From contig CAXPPC010000001.1 in NCBI GenBank assembly GCA_964219255.1, positions 154,539 to 218,538 on the forward strand: DNA of 64,000 bases, in the 5' to 3' direction. The notes under the pieces are model-generated. The model saw nothing but the letters and a program-made list of their open reading frames with translations, made no database searches and had not been told where the DNA came from. This DNA comes from Henriciella pelagia. GTDB lineage: Bacteria > Bacteroidota > Bacteroidia > Flavobacteriales_D > Crocinitomicaceae. This document shows positions 19,658 through 29,888 of this stretch, piece after piece (the stretch's first letter is position 1; each line of letters opens with the position of its first letter). Both the position numbers and the translations under genes were made by a program.

Positions 19658-21127
19658 TTAGTGTTGAATTACAATTTTTCTCGTTGAATTTGTATTCTCT
19701 GATGAAAGCCTCAAGTAATATACGCCGTCTTTAAAAGAAGAAAGGTCTATTCTCAACTCACCCAAAAACAGATCCTCAGTTATCACAATTCTACCAAAAG
19801 CATCAACTAAAGTAACATCTCCATCCGTAACACTTGTTGATTTAACAAATAAATCAGCGTTTGCTGGATTAGGATACACGTGGAAGTCATCGCTGACACT
19901 CAATTCACTCACATTTACTACACCTTGCTCTACAATGTTATGTATATCTGGATGTAAATGATTTGGTCCAATTTTGACCACATATAAATTACTAGAGCTT
20001 GCTATCATTCCAGATGCTGCGTAAGTTCTTCCTACCATAACCGCTCCACCATCACTTGTTTCAATTAATTGCCCCATGTAATCGGGATTCTCATAGTGCA
20101 ATGTGACTGCCGATTGAGCATAAACAAAATTGTCTAAATATCGCCCGACAAAACAGTCATTCCCATTTGGTTCTGACCACTGGTTCTCATAGTCAATTCC
20201 AATATACCAAACATCTGGCACGCCAAAATCCGTAACTACTTGAGCCACTTGATCTCCATCATCAGGGCCACTGTATTCATATAATATAACTCCATTTGTA
20301 TCAAATTGAACATAGTAGCTATCATCACCATTAGGGGAGTTCCCGTTAGAATATCCAACAGCCATGTACTTCACCCCTTCACGATAAGAAAGTGCGTTTA
20401 AATAAGTATTCCCTGTTAAGTCTAGAGTATCAAATAATTGAATTTGACCTTCGTCATCAATTCTCATCACTACTGCATTTGTCTCTAAAGAATCTTCGAC
20501 ATAAGTATAACCAACAACATAATATGTAGAATCGTTTAAAGATGCCATACCTTTCAACACATCATCTCCCGCCCCACCAATGGTTTTAGTCCAAAGAGTG
20601 TCACCAAACTTATCAGTTCTCACGATGTACATATCTAAGTTGTCAGTTGGATTTGAGGAAGTCTCCCCAATCATCATCACTCCCGAATCAGGCATTATTG
20701 CCGCATCCCAAACACGCTCCCATCCTGCACCGCCATAGGTTTGACTCCATTGTTCTACACCATTGAGATCAGTTTTAACAAGGTAATAGTCGTAACCACC
20801 ATTTCCATATGAATTGGTGTATCCCGCTATGTAATAACCATCATTCGGTTGGTATAACACTCTCCTACCCACTTCAGACTCTGGACCTCCATAATGTGTA
20901 GACGACATGAAATTACCCATGCTGTCGATGTGCAATAAAAACGCTTGTGAACCGAGAGATGGCGCAAAACTACTCGACGACCCAGTAACCATATAACTAC
21001 TATCCTCTAATTGAACAATACCTTCTCCAGATTCATCCCCATTGTTCGAATAAATATTGAAAAATGCAATTTGCCCAAACAATGAACTAGTTACAAAAAG
21101 ACCTATGATTAATATTAAAATGCGCAT
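19658..21127 (-). CDS. Secreted beta-propeller-like repeat protein with a T9SS C-terminal sorting domain.
   Basis: Signal MRILILIIGLFVTSSLFGQ. Repeated units such as YGG.G.E.G.......DGYY..GYT.S.G.GG.D..LVKTD..G...W. C-terminal VYPNPANADLFVKS...GVYYLRLSS...KIVIQH. Confidence 0.8.
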   Translation of the reverse strand: MRILILIIGLFVTSSLFGQIAFFNIYSNNGDESGEGIVQLEDSSYMVTGSSSSFAPSLGSQAFLLHIDSMGNFMSSTHYGGPESEVGRRVLYQPNDGYYIAGYTNSYGNGGYDYYLVKTDLNGVEQWSQTYGGAGWERVWDAAIMPDSGVMMIGETSSNPTDNLDMYIVRTDKFGDTLWTKTIGGAGDDVLKGMASLNDSTYYVVGYTYVEDSLETNAVVMRIDDEGQIQLFDTLDLTGNTYLNALSYREGVKYMAVGYSNGNSPNGDDSYYVQFDTNGVILYEYSGPDDGDQVAQVVTDFGVPDVWYIGIDYENQWSEPNGNDCFVGRYLDNFVYAQSAVTLHYENPDYMGQLIETSDGGAVMVGRTYAASGMIASSSNLYVVKIGPNHLHPDIHNIVEQGVVNVSELSVSDDFHVYPNPANADLFVKSTSVTDGDVTLVDAFGRIVITEDLFLGELRIDLSSFKDGVYYLRLSSENTNSTRKIVIQH

Positions 21128-22347
21128 TTTACTCTCAAAAATATTGATTTACCTTTTCCTTTTCCGGATACAGCTCCGATAACATCCTCTGTTGCTAATC
21201 CAACTGCTATCTTGTTAAAATTCATACTGGCATACAAACCTCCTCTGAAATTTGTGAATCCACCATAGCTAATATTTGCACCAAGACTTAACCAATCATT
21301 TGCCTTGAAATGAGCCCCACCAAATACGTAAGGAACATAAATCAGCGATGGATAAAGTCGTAGCCCAAAAAACGACTGAACTCTTTTAGAACTGTGTTGA
21401 TCGACAATTTTACCTACTTGAATAAATCCTGGTAATAAAAACGTTCTGTTTTCAAGTGACGAACTGATTCCAAGTGTATCCAAAACATCCAGACTATCGA
21501 AATTAATAGCATTGTCACCAAAAAGCTGATTAAACTCAAATCCACTAAAGTTAAATGTAGTATCCACCGAATAAACTCTCTGTTTTTCGTAGAGATAACC
21601 AACACCGATATTCTTAGCCTGAATTTGAAGGAATGATGTTTGATCGTTCGAGAACTGAAACGGAATTTTGAAATCGACATCTACACCAAATCCAATCCCT
21701 TGATTAAATGCTTGAGACTCTCTGAAAGCGAACTCTCCGTCAAGCACTAAATTAATATTATCTCCATTATCATCTTGTTGAACTTGAGCGTCTCTCAATC
21801 CAATTGACGCATAATCGCTTATGTTGAATACATTTAATGTAATGCTGGATTTCGACTTACGATCAATCAATCCAAAGCCTAATTTCTGATAAGTGGCAAA
21901 GCTCGCATTGAATCCTGAAAAATCAATGGTATCTCCTACATATCGATCATTACCGTACATGGCAAGTCCATATAGATCTTGTGAATATACTGCACCTCCA
22001 AAAGTATTGTATCCTGCTTTTACAATTATTCCCCAATCTCTTTTTTCGAGAAGTTGAACGTCGTAATTTCTGTATTCTACATCACCGATTAAAATACCTC
22101 CAGCGCGATTTATATCACGGTGTTTATCCATTGAAGCGTTCTTGATATCGTCGGTTATGTATCCACCACGAATGAACTTCATGGTTAGTTCATTTTGCAA
22201 GCCAGAAGTACTAAAATCAAGTCCCCCCGTCAAAATGACTTCTTGTGACCTTTCAAGGGTATCGTACTGAATTGGTAACAACTGTGCACTTGAATGAAGA
22301 GAAGTTAAAACCAATAAAACTGAAAGTATTGTCTTTAAATTGCTCAT
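21115..22347 (-). CDS. Putative outer-membrane beta-barrel protein; family not recognised.
   Basis: The Met at 22347 gives MSNLKTILSVLLVLTSLHSSAQ (signal). Alternating hydrophobic beta-strand pattern throughout, and a C-terminal ...FLRVKCAF ending in an aromatic residue. The ATG is 1 nt after the upstream lipoprotein stop. The 3' end overlaps the next gene's start by 13 nt. Confidence 0.65.
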   Translation of the reverse strand: MSNLKTILSVLLVLTSLHSSAQLLPIQYDTLERSQEVILTGGLDFSTSGLQNELTMKFIRGGYITDDIKNASMDKHRDINRAGGILIGDVEYRNYDVQLLEKRDWGIIVKAGYNTFGGAVYSQDLYGLAMYGNDRYVGDTIDFSGFNASFATYQKLGFGLIDRKSKSSITLNVFNISDYASIGLRDAQVQQDDNGDNINLVLDGEFAFRESQAFNQGIGFGVDVDFKIPFQFSNDQTSFLQIQAKNIGVGYLYEKQRVYSVDTTFNFSGFEFNQLFGDNAINFDSLDVLDTLGISSSLENRTFLLPGFIQVGKIVDQHSSKRVQSFFGLRLYPSLIYVPYVFGGAHFKANDWLSLGANISYGGFTNFRGGLYASMNFNKIAVGLATEDVIGAVSGKGKGKSIFLRVKCAF

Positions 22348-22348
22348 C

Positions 22349-23935
22349 TTAGAATATATTTTCAGTTTTGAACCTACCATTCAATTTGATACCTAAAAAT
22401 GCTCCTTCCTGAATACTTTGAGGTGCACTCAAATTTGTAGCTGGATCCATTGAATTAAATTCTGATTCCACAATTATTCCCTTTATCTTGTCAAGATTAC
22501 TTATTATTTCATCTGAAAGAACAAACATTAATTCCGACTCTGCAACCAATTGATTTGTTGAATTTTCAAGTGTTCCAAATAAACCAGATTGGATTAGAGA
22601 GTTACCTGTTAGAGTATATAATTCGGTTCCATTCACATCTATTAAAACTAGCTTAACGCTGGCCGAGTAAGGGAAAGAATTCCTCGCCCTCAGTCTTAAT
22701 TCTCCTGAAACCAAATGAGTCTTATCAGTATCCTGCTGAACATTAAAGTCAAATGTGTCACGCACTACCAATTGATCTGTACCAATGGTTAGTGGTAAAT
22801 TAGCATGTAAATTAACCCTAAGTTTACTTTGTGGGAAAAGCTCATCAGAGCCACCGGACACATTACCCCAAGGATTTAAAACTACTTTGTAACCAATCGT
22901 ATTTTTTGCTCCCAAATTCTCTAGGTAAGCTTCAATATTGCTATTTGTTGCATTAAATTCAAGTGACTTAAAAGACGGAACAAGTGAATTCCAAGTTCCA
23001 GTTGCTGGATCAATATTGAACGTACTTCCCATTTGCGGATGAGATAGGTTTACAATTGAACCTGAATTGTTCTCACTAATAATATTAGTTAGTAAAGCAT
23101 TTGCTCCAACTTTTACTCCGTTTTCCACTTCAAACTTAATTGTTGAAGCTGGTAAATCAATAGAGCCAGATTGAATCAGATTAAGAACATCAATTGACAA
23201 ATCTGTTGTATCAGAAATAACACGCTGACCGAAATAGCCTTTTGCATAGTCAACTTTAACATCTCGAAGCGTTACTTTAACAACAATCAAATCTGTGTTG
23301 TATAGCGTTACAGGCGGACCATCTGGATCTGATTTTACATCTACATCCGCTCGTAATGTATTTCTGGTATTTCCATCAACACCTGTTAAGTCCATAGTAT
23401 GACCAGCGAGGTCTATCGAACCTTGAATTACACCAGCTGTACCATTCTCTTTAGCTGGCGCCACTAATGTTTCGTCGAATTCTACTCCATTTAATGTCAC
23501 TCCTGGCATTTTTAGGTTAAAAAATGCTTTTGTTGGAGCAGGATTTCGGACTTCTACATCTATAAAACCAGCCGAAAGCCGAACCTTCTTCAATTCTAAA
23601 TCTTGAATAGCAAATGAATACTCATCCGCTTCATTTACAAAAGAATACCCTGGAGGAACATTGAAAAATGCAAAAGGGATCGTATAACTTACAGAAATAG
23701 TTGTATCCGGAAAGGTGATTACATCGTTTATATTTAAGTCAAACAAAGAACGATTTAAGTCCACCTCGTAGACCCCATTATTGACTGCCAAGGTAGAATC
23801 ATTAACCAGATTTATCAACGAAAGAGTATCGTTAATAATTGGTGCATTCCAATCCGTATCCCAGACAGTAGCTTCTTTCTTGCATCCAACCAAAACGGAG
23901 GTTGATATAAGTGCTATTAGTAGTAGTTTTTGCAT
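22349..23935 (-). CDS. Hypothetical lipoprotein (528 aa).
   Basis: Lipobox MQKLLLIALISTSVLVGCKKE. Predicted all-beta composition. No family recognised by eye. Confidence 0.65.
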   Translation of the reverse strand: MQKLLLIALISTSVLVGCKKEATVWDTDWNAPIINDTLSLINLVNDSTLAVNNGVYEVDLNRSLFDLNINDVITFPDTTISVSYTIPFAFFNVPPGYSFVNEADEYSFAIQDLELKKVRLSAGFIDVEVRNPAPTKAFFNLKMPGVTLNGVEFDETLVAPAKENGTAGVIQGSIDLAGHTMDLTGVDGNTRNTLRADVDVKSDPDGPPVTLYNTDLIVVKVTLRDVKVDYAKGYFGQRVISDTTDLSIDVLNLIQSGSIDLPASTIKFEVENGVKVGANALLTNIISENNSGSIVNLSHPQMGSTFNIDPATGTWNSLVPSFKSLEFNATNSNIEAYLENLGAKNTIGYKVVLNPWGNVSGGSDELFPQSKLRVNLHANLPLTIGTDQLVVRDTFDFNVQQDTDKTHLVSGELRLRARNSFPYSASVKLVLIDVNGTELYTLTGNSLIQSGLFGTLENSTNQLVAESELMFVLSDEIISNLDKIKGIIVESEFNSMDPATNLSAPQSIQEGAFLGIKLNGRFKTENIF

Positions 23936-23970
23936 TATTTCTATAACGTTAATTAAGGCCGACAGGTTGG

Positions 23971-25182
23971 CTAAACTCGCTCAATAATAGTAGCATAACC
24001 TTGACCGACACCTATACACATGCTTACCAATGCATATCTTTTGTTCGTTTTCTGTAATTCTAAGGCTGCAGTCTGAAGAATCCTAGCTCCAGTCATGCCA
24101 AGAGGGTGACCTAACGCAATTGCTCCCCCATTTGGATTTATTCTTGGGTCGTTGTCCGCTAATCCCATCTTTCTTGTACAAGCCAAAACTTGAGCTGCGA
24201 AAGCCTCATTGAGCTCGATGATATCCATATCATCCAAAGTTAGACCTGTTCTTTTCAACACTTTTTCCGATGCATAAACAGGTCCGATCCCCATAATTCT
24301 AGGCTCCACTCCGGCAACTGCCGCTCCAACAATTCGAGCGATTGGTTTCAAATTATGCTCTTTTACTGCATTTTCAGACGCAATAAGAAGTGCTGCTGCA
24401 CCATCATTTAATCCAGATGAATTTCCTGCCGTAACCGAACCACCTTCTTTTTTGAAAGCAGGTCGCAAACTAGACAATTTCTCGAGTGTAGATTCCGGGC
24501 GAGCAAATTCATCCGTGTCAAAAATTATTGGATCTTTCTTTCTCTGTGGGATCTCAACTGGAACAATCTCTTCGGCAAAACGACCAGACTCAATTGCTTT
24601 TGCAGCTTTTTGTTGAGACCATAATGCAAATTTATCCTGAGCCTCTCTCTCAATTCCATAAAGCTCAACGAGGTTCTCGGCAGTATTTCCCATCCCGTCT
24701 GTTCCGTACAACTCTTTCATTTTTGGATTGATAAAACGCCATCCGAATGAAGAATCGTGCATTTCTGCATCACGACCAAAAGGCTTAGAAACTTTAGAAA
24801 TCACCCAAGGTCCACGTGTCATATGCTCAACTCCACCAGAGATATAAATATCTCCAGCTCCATCTTTAATAGCTCGTGCTGCATTGATCGTAGAAGCCAT
24901 TCCCGAAGCACATAATCGGTTCACTGTTTCTCCACCAACTTGATATGGAAGTCCGGCCAATAATCCCGACATTCTTGCCACGTTTCTATTATCCTCACCA
25001 GCTTGATTAGCACATCCAAATAAAACATCTTCAATCAACTTTGGATCAAATGAAGCATTTCTCTTCATCAACTCCTTAATCACTATCGCACCCAAATCAT
25101 CTGTTCTAACAGGTGCAAGTGTTCCTCCAAAATTTCCAATTGCTGTGCGGATACCATCCACTATATAAACTTGTTTCGACAT
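23971..25182 (-). CDS. Acetyl-CoA C-acyltransferase (thiolase).
   Basis: VNRLCASGM (active-site Cys), [34 protein letters not shown], and CIGVGQG. Confidence 0.93.
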   Translation of the reverse strand: MSKQVYIVDGIRTAIGNFGGTLAPVRTDDLGAIVIKELMKRNASFDPKLIEDVLFGCANQAGEDNRNVARMSGLLAGLPYQVGGETVNRLCASGMASTINAARAIKDGAGDIYISGGVEHMTRGPWVISKVSKPFGRDAEMHDSSFGWRFINPKMKELYGTDGMGNTAENLVELYGIEREAQDKFALWSQQKAAKAIESGRFAEEIVPVEIPQRKKDPIIFDTDEFARPESTLEKLSSLRPAFKKEGGSVTAGNSSGLNDGAAALLIASENAVKEHNLKPIARIVGAAVAGVEPRIMGIGPVYASEKVLKRTGLTLDDMDIIELNEAFAAQVLACTRKMGLADNDPRINPNGGAIALGHPLGMTGARILQTAALELQKTNKRYALVSMCIGVGQGYATIIERV

Positions 25183-25293
25183 ATCTTAAAAATGATTGCA
25201 TAAAGGTAACATTTTTGGAATTGTTGAAAACTTCTACCTAGTGATTCGGCACAAAGTTTGTAACTTGGAATTTCGAATTCAAAACCAACTAAT

Positions 25294-26394
25294 GTGATTA
25301 AACCAAAAACTTTTTTAGCAGTACTGCTAACTGCTATTAGTCCTACAGTCTTTAGTCAAATTGAGGAATTAACACCTGAAGAGCAAGCTTATCGCGACTC
25401 AATAACCGCCCTCAATCTTGAAAATGAAGCAATTGCAAAGAGCCAAGAAGCTTACAATGCGGGAGTACAAATGTTCTCTCAAAAAAACTATAAGGGAGCG
25501 ATTACCAAATTCGCAGAATCAATTCAATTTGACCCTAACTTCACTGCTGCCTATTACAATAAAGGAGTAGCAGAACTAGAAGATCAACGTTTCGAATTGG
25601 CATATAAGACCTTAACTCGATTGATTGAAATGCAACCAGACTATGCGAAGGCCTATTTCCAAAGAGGCCGTGCACATCAAGGAGCAAACAGATACGCAGA
25701 TGCAGAAAAGGATTACGAAAAATCGATATCAATCGATAAGAGCAATTTCAAAGCATATTATAATTACGGGACTCTTCGCTTTTTACAAAAGGACTATGAT
25801 GGTGCAATAAAGTATTTTACGAGTGCTATCAATTTGAACGGAGAAGATGTTAATGCTTTAAATGACAGAGGATCTTCATACAGAATGCTTGGTGAATATT
25901 CTAAAGCACTTGTAGATTACGAGGCTGCGGTGAAAAAGAATCCAGAGTTAGCATTTGTACTTAACAACATCGGAACAACTAAATCTAAAATGAAGGATTA
26001 CGCAGGAGCCCTGGCTGCATTTAACAGAGCTGTTTCAATCGATCCCAACTTTCATTTAGCCTATAATAACCGAGGTGTAGTTCAACTGAATCAAGGTCGA
26101 CTAGACGACGCTAAAAAAGACTTCGAAAAAGCACTTCAAGTTAAATCAGACTATTCACCAGCTGCTTCTAATTTGAGTGGAATCTATTTCAAGAAAAAAG
26201 AATACAAGAAAGCATTGGAGTTTGCCAATAAAGCGATTCAGATGGACAAAGAAAATGCAGTTGCCTACGTTAACCGTGGAAATGCAAAAGAAATGCTTCG
26301 CGATATGGATGGTGCCTGTGAGGACTGGCATAAAGCGAAGGAATTAGGATCGGAAACTGGTAAAAACTTTTACGCAGGAAACTGCAGCAATTAA
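25294..26394 (+). CDS. Tetratricopeptide-repeat protein, secreted.
   Basis: Signal peptide, then about 8 TPR units (AYYNKG, AYFQRGRA, AYYNYGT, ALNDRGSSY, AYNNRGVV, AYVNRGNA). GTG start. Confidence 0.8.
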   Translation: MIKPKTFLAVLLTAISPTVFSQIEELTPEEQAYRDSITALNLENEAIAKSQEAYNAGVQMFSQKNYKGAITKFAESIQFDPNFTAAYYNKGVAELEDQRFELAYKTLTRLIEMQPDYAKAYFQRGRAHQGANRYADAEKDYEKSISIDKSNFKAYYNYGTLRFLQKDYDGAIKYFTSAINLNGEDVNALNDRGSSYRMLGEYSKALVDYEAAVKKNPELAFVLNNIGTTKSKMKDYAGALAAFNRAVSIDPNFHLAYNNRGVVQLNQGRLDDAKKDFEKALQVKSDYSPAASNLSGIYFKKKEYKKALEFANKAIQMDKENAVAYVNRGNAKEMLRDMDGACEDWHKAKELGSETGKNFYAGNCSN

Positions 26395-26405
26395 TTTAGA
26401 TTGAA

Positions 26406-28472
26406 ATGATAAAATATTTAATAACATCGATAATCGCTGGATTCGTCTTTCTTTCGTCTGCTCAAAATGTCGAGTTCAAATCTGGTAATTTTAAAGAGGA
26501 TAAAGACGGGTTCAAGAAGGCTACTGATGCAATCAAGACTGGTGATGAATTTTTCGAATTAGGTAACGAAGCTATTTTCCAAGTGAAAAGTCCCGGATTG
26601 AATTATGAAATGGCACTAAAAAATTACCTCATCGCTCAAGAATTCAATCCGAAAAATGGTGAGCTAAACTTTAAAATTGGAGCTTGCTACGCTAATTCCC
26701 CGTACGCCAACAAAGCAATTTCATATCTGTATGAAGCCTATAAATTGGATCCAGAATGTGATCCATTTATGAATTTCTATTATGGTTATGCACTTCAGTT
26801 AGATAGCAAATTTAACGAAGCAATCGACGCGTATGAAAAATTCGAGGCAGAGTACCGTAAGGCAGACAACTTCAACAAATTTGTGAGTAAACGTAAAAAG
26901 GAGTGTCAAGAAGCAAGAAAAGCTGTAAAAGAGCCGATTCGTGCTTGGGTCGACAATGTTTCTTTATTGAATACTGAGTATAACGATTACGCTCCTTCTA
27001 TTTCAACCGACGGTGCCGAGCTGATTCTAACATCTGATCGACCAAACGGTCATCAACCAAATGAAGCTGGAAGTTATGATGATGATATCTATTCAACAAC
27101 TTTCTACGATGGAAAGTGGCAGCCATTGAAACCTATTAACAATGTAAATACAACTTCAGATGATGTTTCGAACAACATCAGTTACGATGGAACAAAAATG
27201 TTATTGCACAGAGAAGTTGACGGGCAAACGGATATTTTTGAAAGTCAATTGAAGGGAGCTAATTGGACTCCTGCGGAAAAATTACCTTTCCAAATCTCGA
27301 ATAAAAATTCAAATGAAGTTTACGCTTCATACAGTAGTGATGGGTGGAGTATCTATTTTGATAGAGATAACGACAGCCGAAACAATGGATTTGAAGTCAT
27401 GTACAGTTCGATGCAAAGTAAAATTCAAAAGAACTACATGGCTGCTCAAATGATCTCCACTGTAAACAGTAAGTTTAATGAGGGTCCAATCTATGTGCAC
27501 CTAGATGGTGAAACGATGTATATTGCTTCAGAAGGTACTGGTTCGCTTGGTGGATATGATATTTTCGTTTCGAAAAACATTAACGGTACTTGGTCGAAGC
27601 CTGAAAACATGGGTTATCCAATTAATACTCCTTATGATGATTTCTTCTTCTCTGCAACGGCGAATGGAAAATTTGCATACATTGCTTCCAATCGAGAAGG
27701 TGGAAAAGGTGGATTTGACATATACAAGGTAACATTCTGGGGACCAGAAAAACAACCGGTTATGTCGACTGAAGATTACCTTTTGGCTTCAATTGTAAAT
27801 CCAATAAAAGACAATTCAATTGAGTCGACTGTTGATGTGAACAAAAAATCATTTACAGTATTTAAAGGAAAAACAATTGATGCTATTTCAAGAAAGGCCG
27901 TTGAAGCTGAAATTGAAATCACAGATAATGCTTCAGGAAAAATTATTGAAACTTTCACAACGAATAGTGCAACGGGTAAATTCATCATTACACTGGCTTC
28001 TGGAAAGAACTACGGAATTGCTGTTAAGGCGGAAGGATACTTATTCCATTCAGAAAACTTTGATATCCCTAAAGGAAGTGCTGACAACCTTGTTAATAAA
28101 GTTATCGAGCTTAAAAACATCGCGGTTGGTAGTAAGATTGCCCTTCGCAACATCTTCTTCGATACAGGAAAGTCAACTCTAAGATCTGAATCAAACGCAG
28201 AGCTCGATCGTCTGGTTAAATTACTGAAAGATGTACCTAGCTTGAAAGTCGAAATTTCTGGTCACACAGATAATACTGGATCAGCAAGTTTAAATAACTC
28301 TCTTTCACAAGATCGTGCGGAAGCAGTTGTGAAATACTTGACCAGTAAAGGAATTGCAGCTAATAGAATGACCGCAAAAGGTTATGGTTCTTCAGCACCT
28401 ATTGCAACTAACAATACTTCTGACGGGCGCCAACAAAACCGTAGAACTGAATTTGAAATTACGGCCAACTAA
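26406..28472 (+). CDS. OmpA-family protein with TPR, PD40/TolB-like repeats and a C-terminal OmpA domain.
   Basis: PD40-like motifs (YAPSISTDGAELILTSDR, ASYSSDGWSIYFDR, GGYDIFVS, GGFDIYKV). OmpA-like end: NIFFDTGKSTLRSES...ISGHTDNTGS...NLSLSQDRAEAV...GYGSS.P...N.T..GR..NRRTEF. Confidence 0.88.
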   Translation: MIKYLITSIIAGFVFLSSAQNVEFKSGNFKEDKDGFKKATDAIKTGDEFFELGNEAIFQVKSPGLNYEMALKNYLIAQEFNPKNGELNFKIGACYANSPYANKAISYLYEAYKLDPECDPFMNFYYGYALQLDSKFNEAIDAYEKFEAEYRKADNFNKFVSKRKKECQEARKAVKEPIRAWVDNVSLLNTEYNDYAPSISTDGAELILTSDRPNGHQPNEAGSYDDDIYSTTFYDGKWQPLKPINNVNTTSDDVSNNISYDGTKMLLHREVDGQTDIFESQLKGANWTPAEKLPFQISNKNSNEVYASYSSDGWSIYFDRDNDSRNNGFEVMYSSMQSKIQKNYMAAQMISTVNSKFNEGPIYVHLDGETMYIASEGTGSLGGYDIFVSKNINGTWSKPENMGYPINTPYDDFFFSATANGKFAYIASNREGGKGGFDIYKVTFWGPEKQPVMSTEDYLLASIVNPIKDNSIESTVDVNKKSFTVFKGKTIDAISRKAVEAEIEITDNASGKIIETFTTNSATGKFIITLASGKNYGIAVKAEGYLFHSENFDIPKGSADNLVNKVIELKNIAVGSKIALRNIFFDTGKSTLRSESNAELDRLVKLLKDVPSLKVEISGHTDNTGSASLNNSLSQDRAEAVVKYLTSKGIAANRMTAKGYGSSAPIATNNTSDGRQQNRRTEFEITAN

Positions 28473-28481
28473 TAATGTCTT

Positions 28482-29852
28482 ATGAACAAGACAAAACTTT
28501 TTTTCTTGGGTGGAGCCGGTACTGTTACTGGCTCCAAAACCCTTCTTGAACATGGAAACTTCAAGGTGATGGTAGATTGCGGTTTGTTCCAGGGACTTAA
28601 AAATCTCAGAGAATTAAATCGTGCAAAATTACCTGTTGATCCTACTAAAATTGATGCATTAGTCTTGTCTCATGCTCACTTAGATCATAGTGGATATATT
28701 CCTGTTTTAGTCAAAAATGGATTTAGCGGTCCAATTCATTGCACAAGTGCCACGCTAGAACTAACAAAAATCATCCTAAAAGACAGCGCTAAGATTCAAG
28801 AAGAGGATGCTGAAAGAGCAAATCGATATGGGTACTCTAAACATCCAGTTGCTACTCCACTCTACACACAAAAAGATGTAAGTAAAGCACTTGAATTGTT
28901 CGTAGAACATGATTTTAACGAATGGGTAATCCTCAATAATGATATCAGTTTTGAATTTCTAAATAGCGGTCACATTCTTGGCTCTGGATTTATAAACTTT
29001 ACAGTGGCTGATAAAAAGATTGTCTTCTCAGGTGATATTGGTCGTGAAAAACCACTTTTACTCTACCCACCAAAGCGTATAAAAGAAGCAGATTATCTAG
29101 TTTTGGAATCTACATACGGTGATCGACTTCATGGAGAAGAAGATGTCAAAGTTAAACTTGCACAGATTATCCAGGAAACCTACGATAAAAGAGGAATATT
29201 AATGATTCCATCCTTTGCCGTTGAGCGAACCCAGGAATTACTTTATCTAATCTATCAACTTCGTGAAGAAGGTAAACTTCCGAACATGCCGGTTTATTTA
29301 GACTCTCCAATGGGGGTAAACTCGACAAATGTTTATGATCGATACCATGAGTTGCAAAATATATCGCGGTATGAGTTACAACGTGTCTACGATGACGTAA
29401 AGTTCGTTTCTGACCCGATTGAATCCAAAGAAGTTTGTTTCGATACAAAACCAAAAATTGTGCTGGCAGGAAGTGGAATGATTGAAGGAGGCCGCATTAT
29501 TCACTACCTCAACAATCATATGAGCAATAAAAAAAATACACTTCTTTTTGTTGGATATCAAGGTGAAGGAACACGCGGAAGGGCAATTCTCAAAGGAAGT
29601 CCAGAAATTAAATTCTTCGGAGAATATCATCCAGTCAAATGTGATATCAGAAGTATTTCATCACTGAGTGCACATGGCGATCGCAAAGACATTATGGAAT
29701 GGCTTGGAAAATTCAATAAATTACCCAAAACCATATTTATCAACCACGGTGAATCTCACCAAGCAGACGCCCTCAGATCAAAGATTGAATTCGAATTAAA
29801 AGTACCTTGTGAAGTACCTCAGCTTTATGAAGAGTTTATTCTAGAAGATTAA
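28482..29852 (+). CDS. MBL-fold beta-CASP hydrolase (CPSF73/RNase J-like RNA-metabolising family).
   Basis: HAHLDHSG metal motif, ESTYGDR, and a beta-CASP-like middle part. Length ~456 aa. Confidence 0.8.
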   Translation: MNKTKLFFLGGAGTVTGSKTLLEHGNFKVMVDCGLFQGLKNLRELNRAKLPVDPTKIDALVLSHAHLDHSGYIPVLVKNGFSGPIHCTSATLELTKIILKDSAKIQEEDAERANRYGYSKHPVATPLYTQKDVSKALELFVEHDFNEWVILNNDISFEFLNSGHILGSGFINFTVADKKIVFSGDIGREKPLLLYPPKRIKEADYLVLESTYGDRLHGEEDVKVKLAQIIQETYDKRGILMIPSFAVERTQELLYLIYQLREEGKLPNMPVYLDSPMGVNSTNVYDRYHELQNISRYELQRVYDDVKFVSDPIESKEVCFDTKPKIVLAGSGMIEGGRIIHYLNNHMSNKKNTLLFVGYQGEGTRGRAILKGSPEIKFFGEYHPVKCDIRSISSLSAHGDRKDIMEWLGKFNKLPKTIFINHGESHQADALRSKIEFELKVPCEVPQLYEEFILED

Positions 29853-29888
29853 TCTCCCCTTTTATTTATTTTTGAGAAAAGTTCGATT

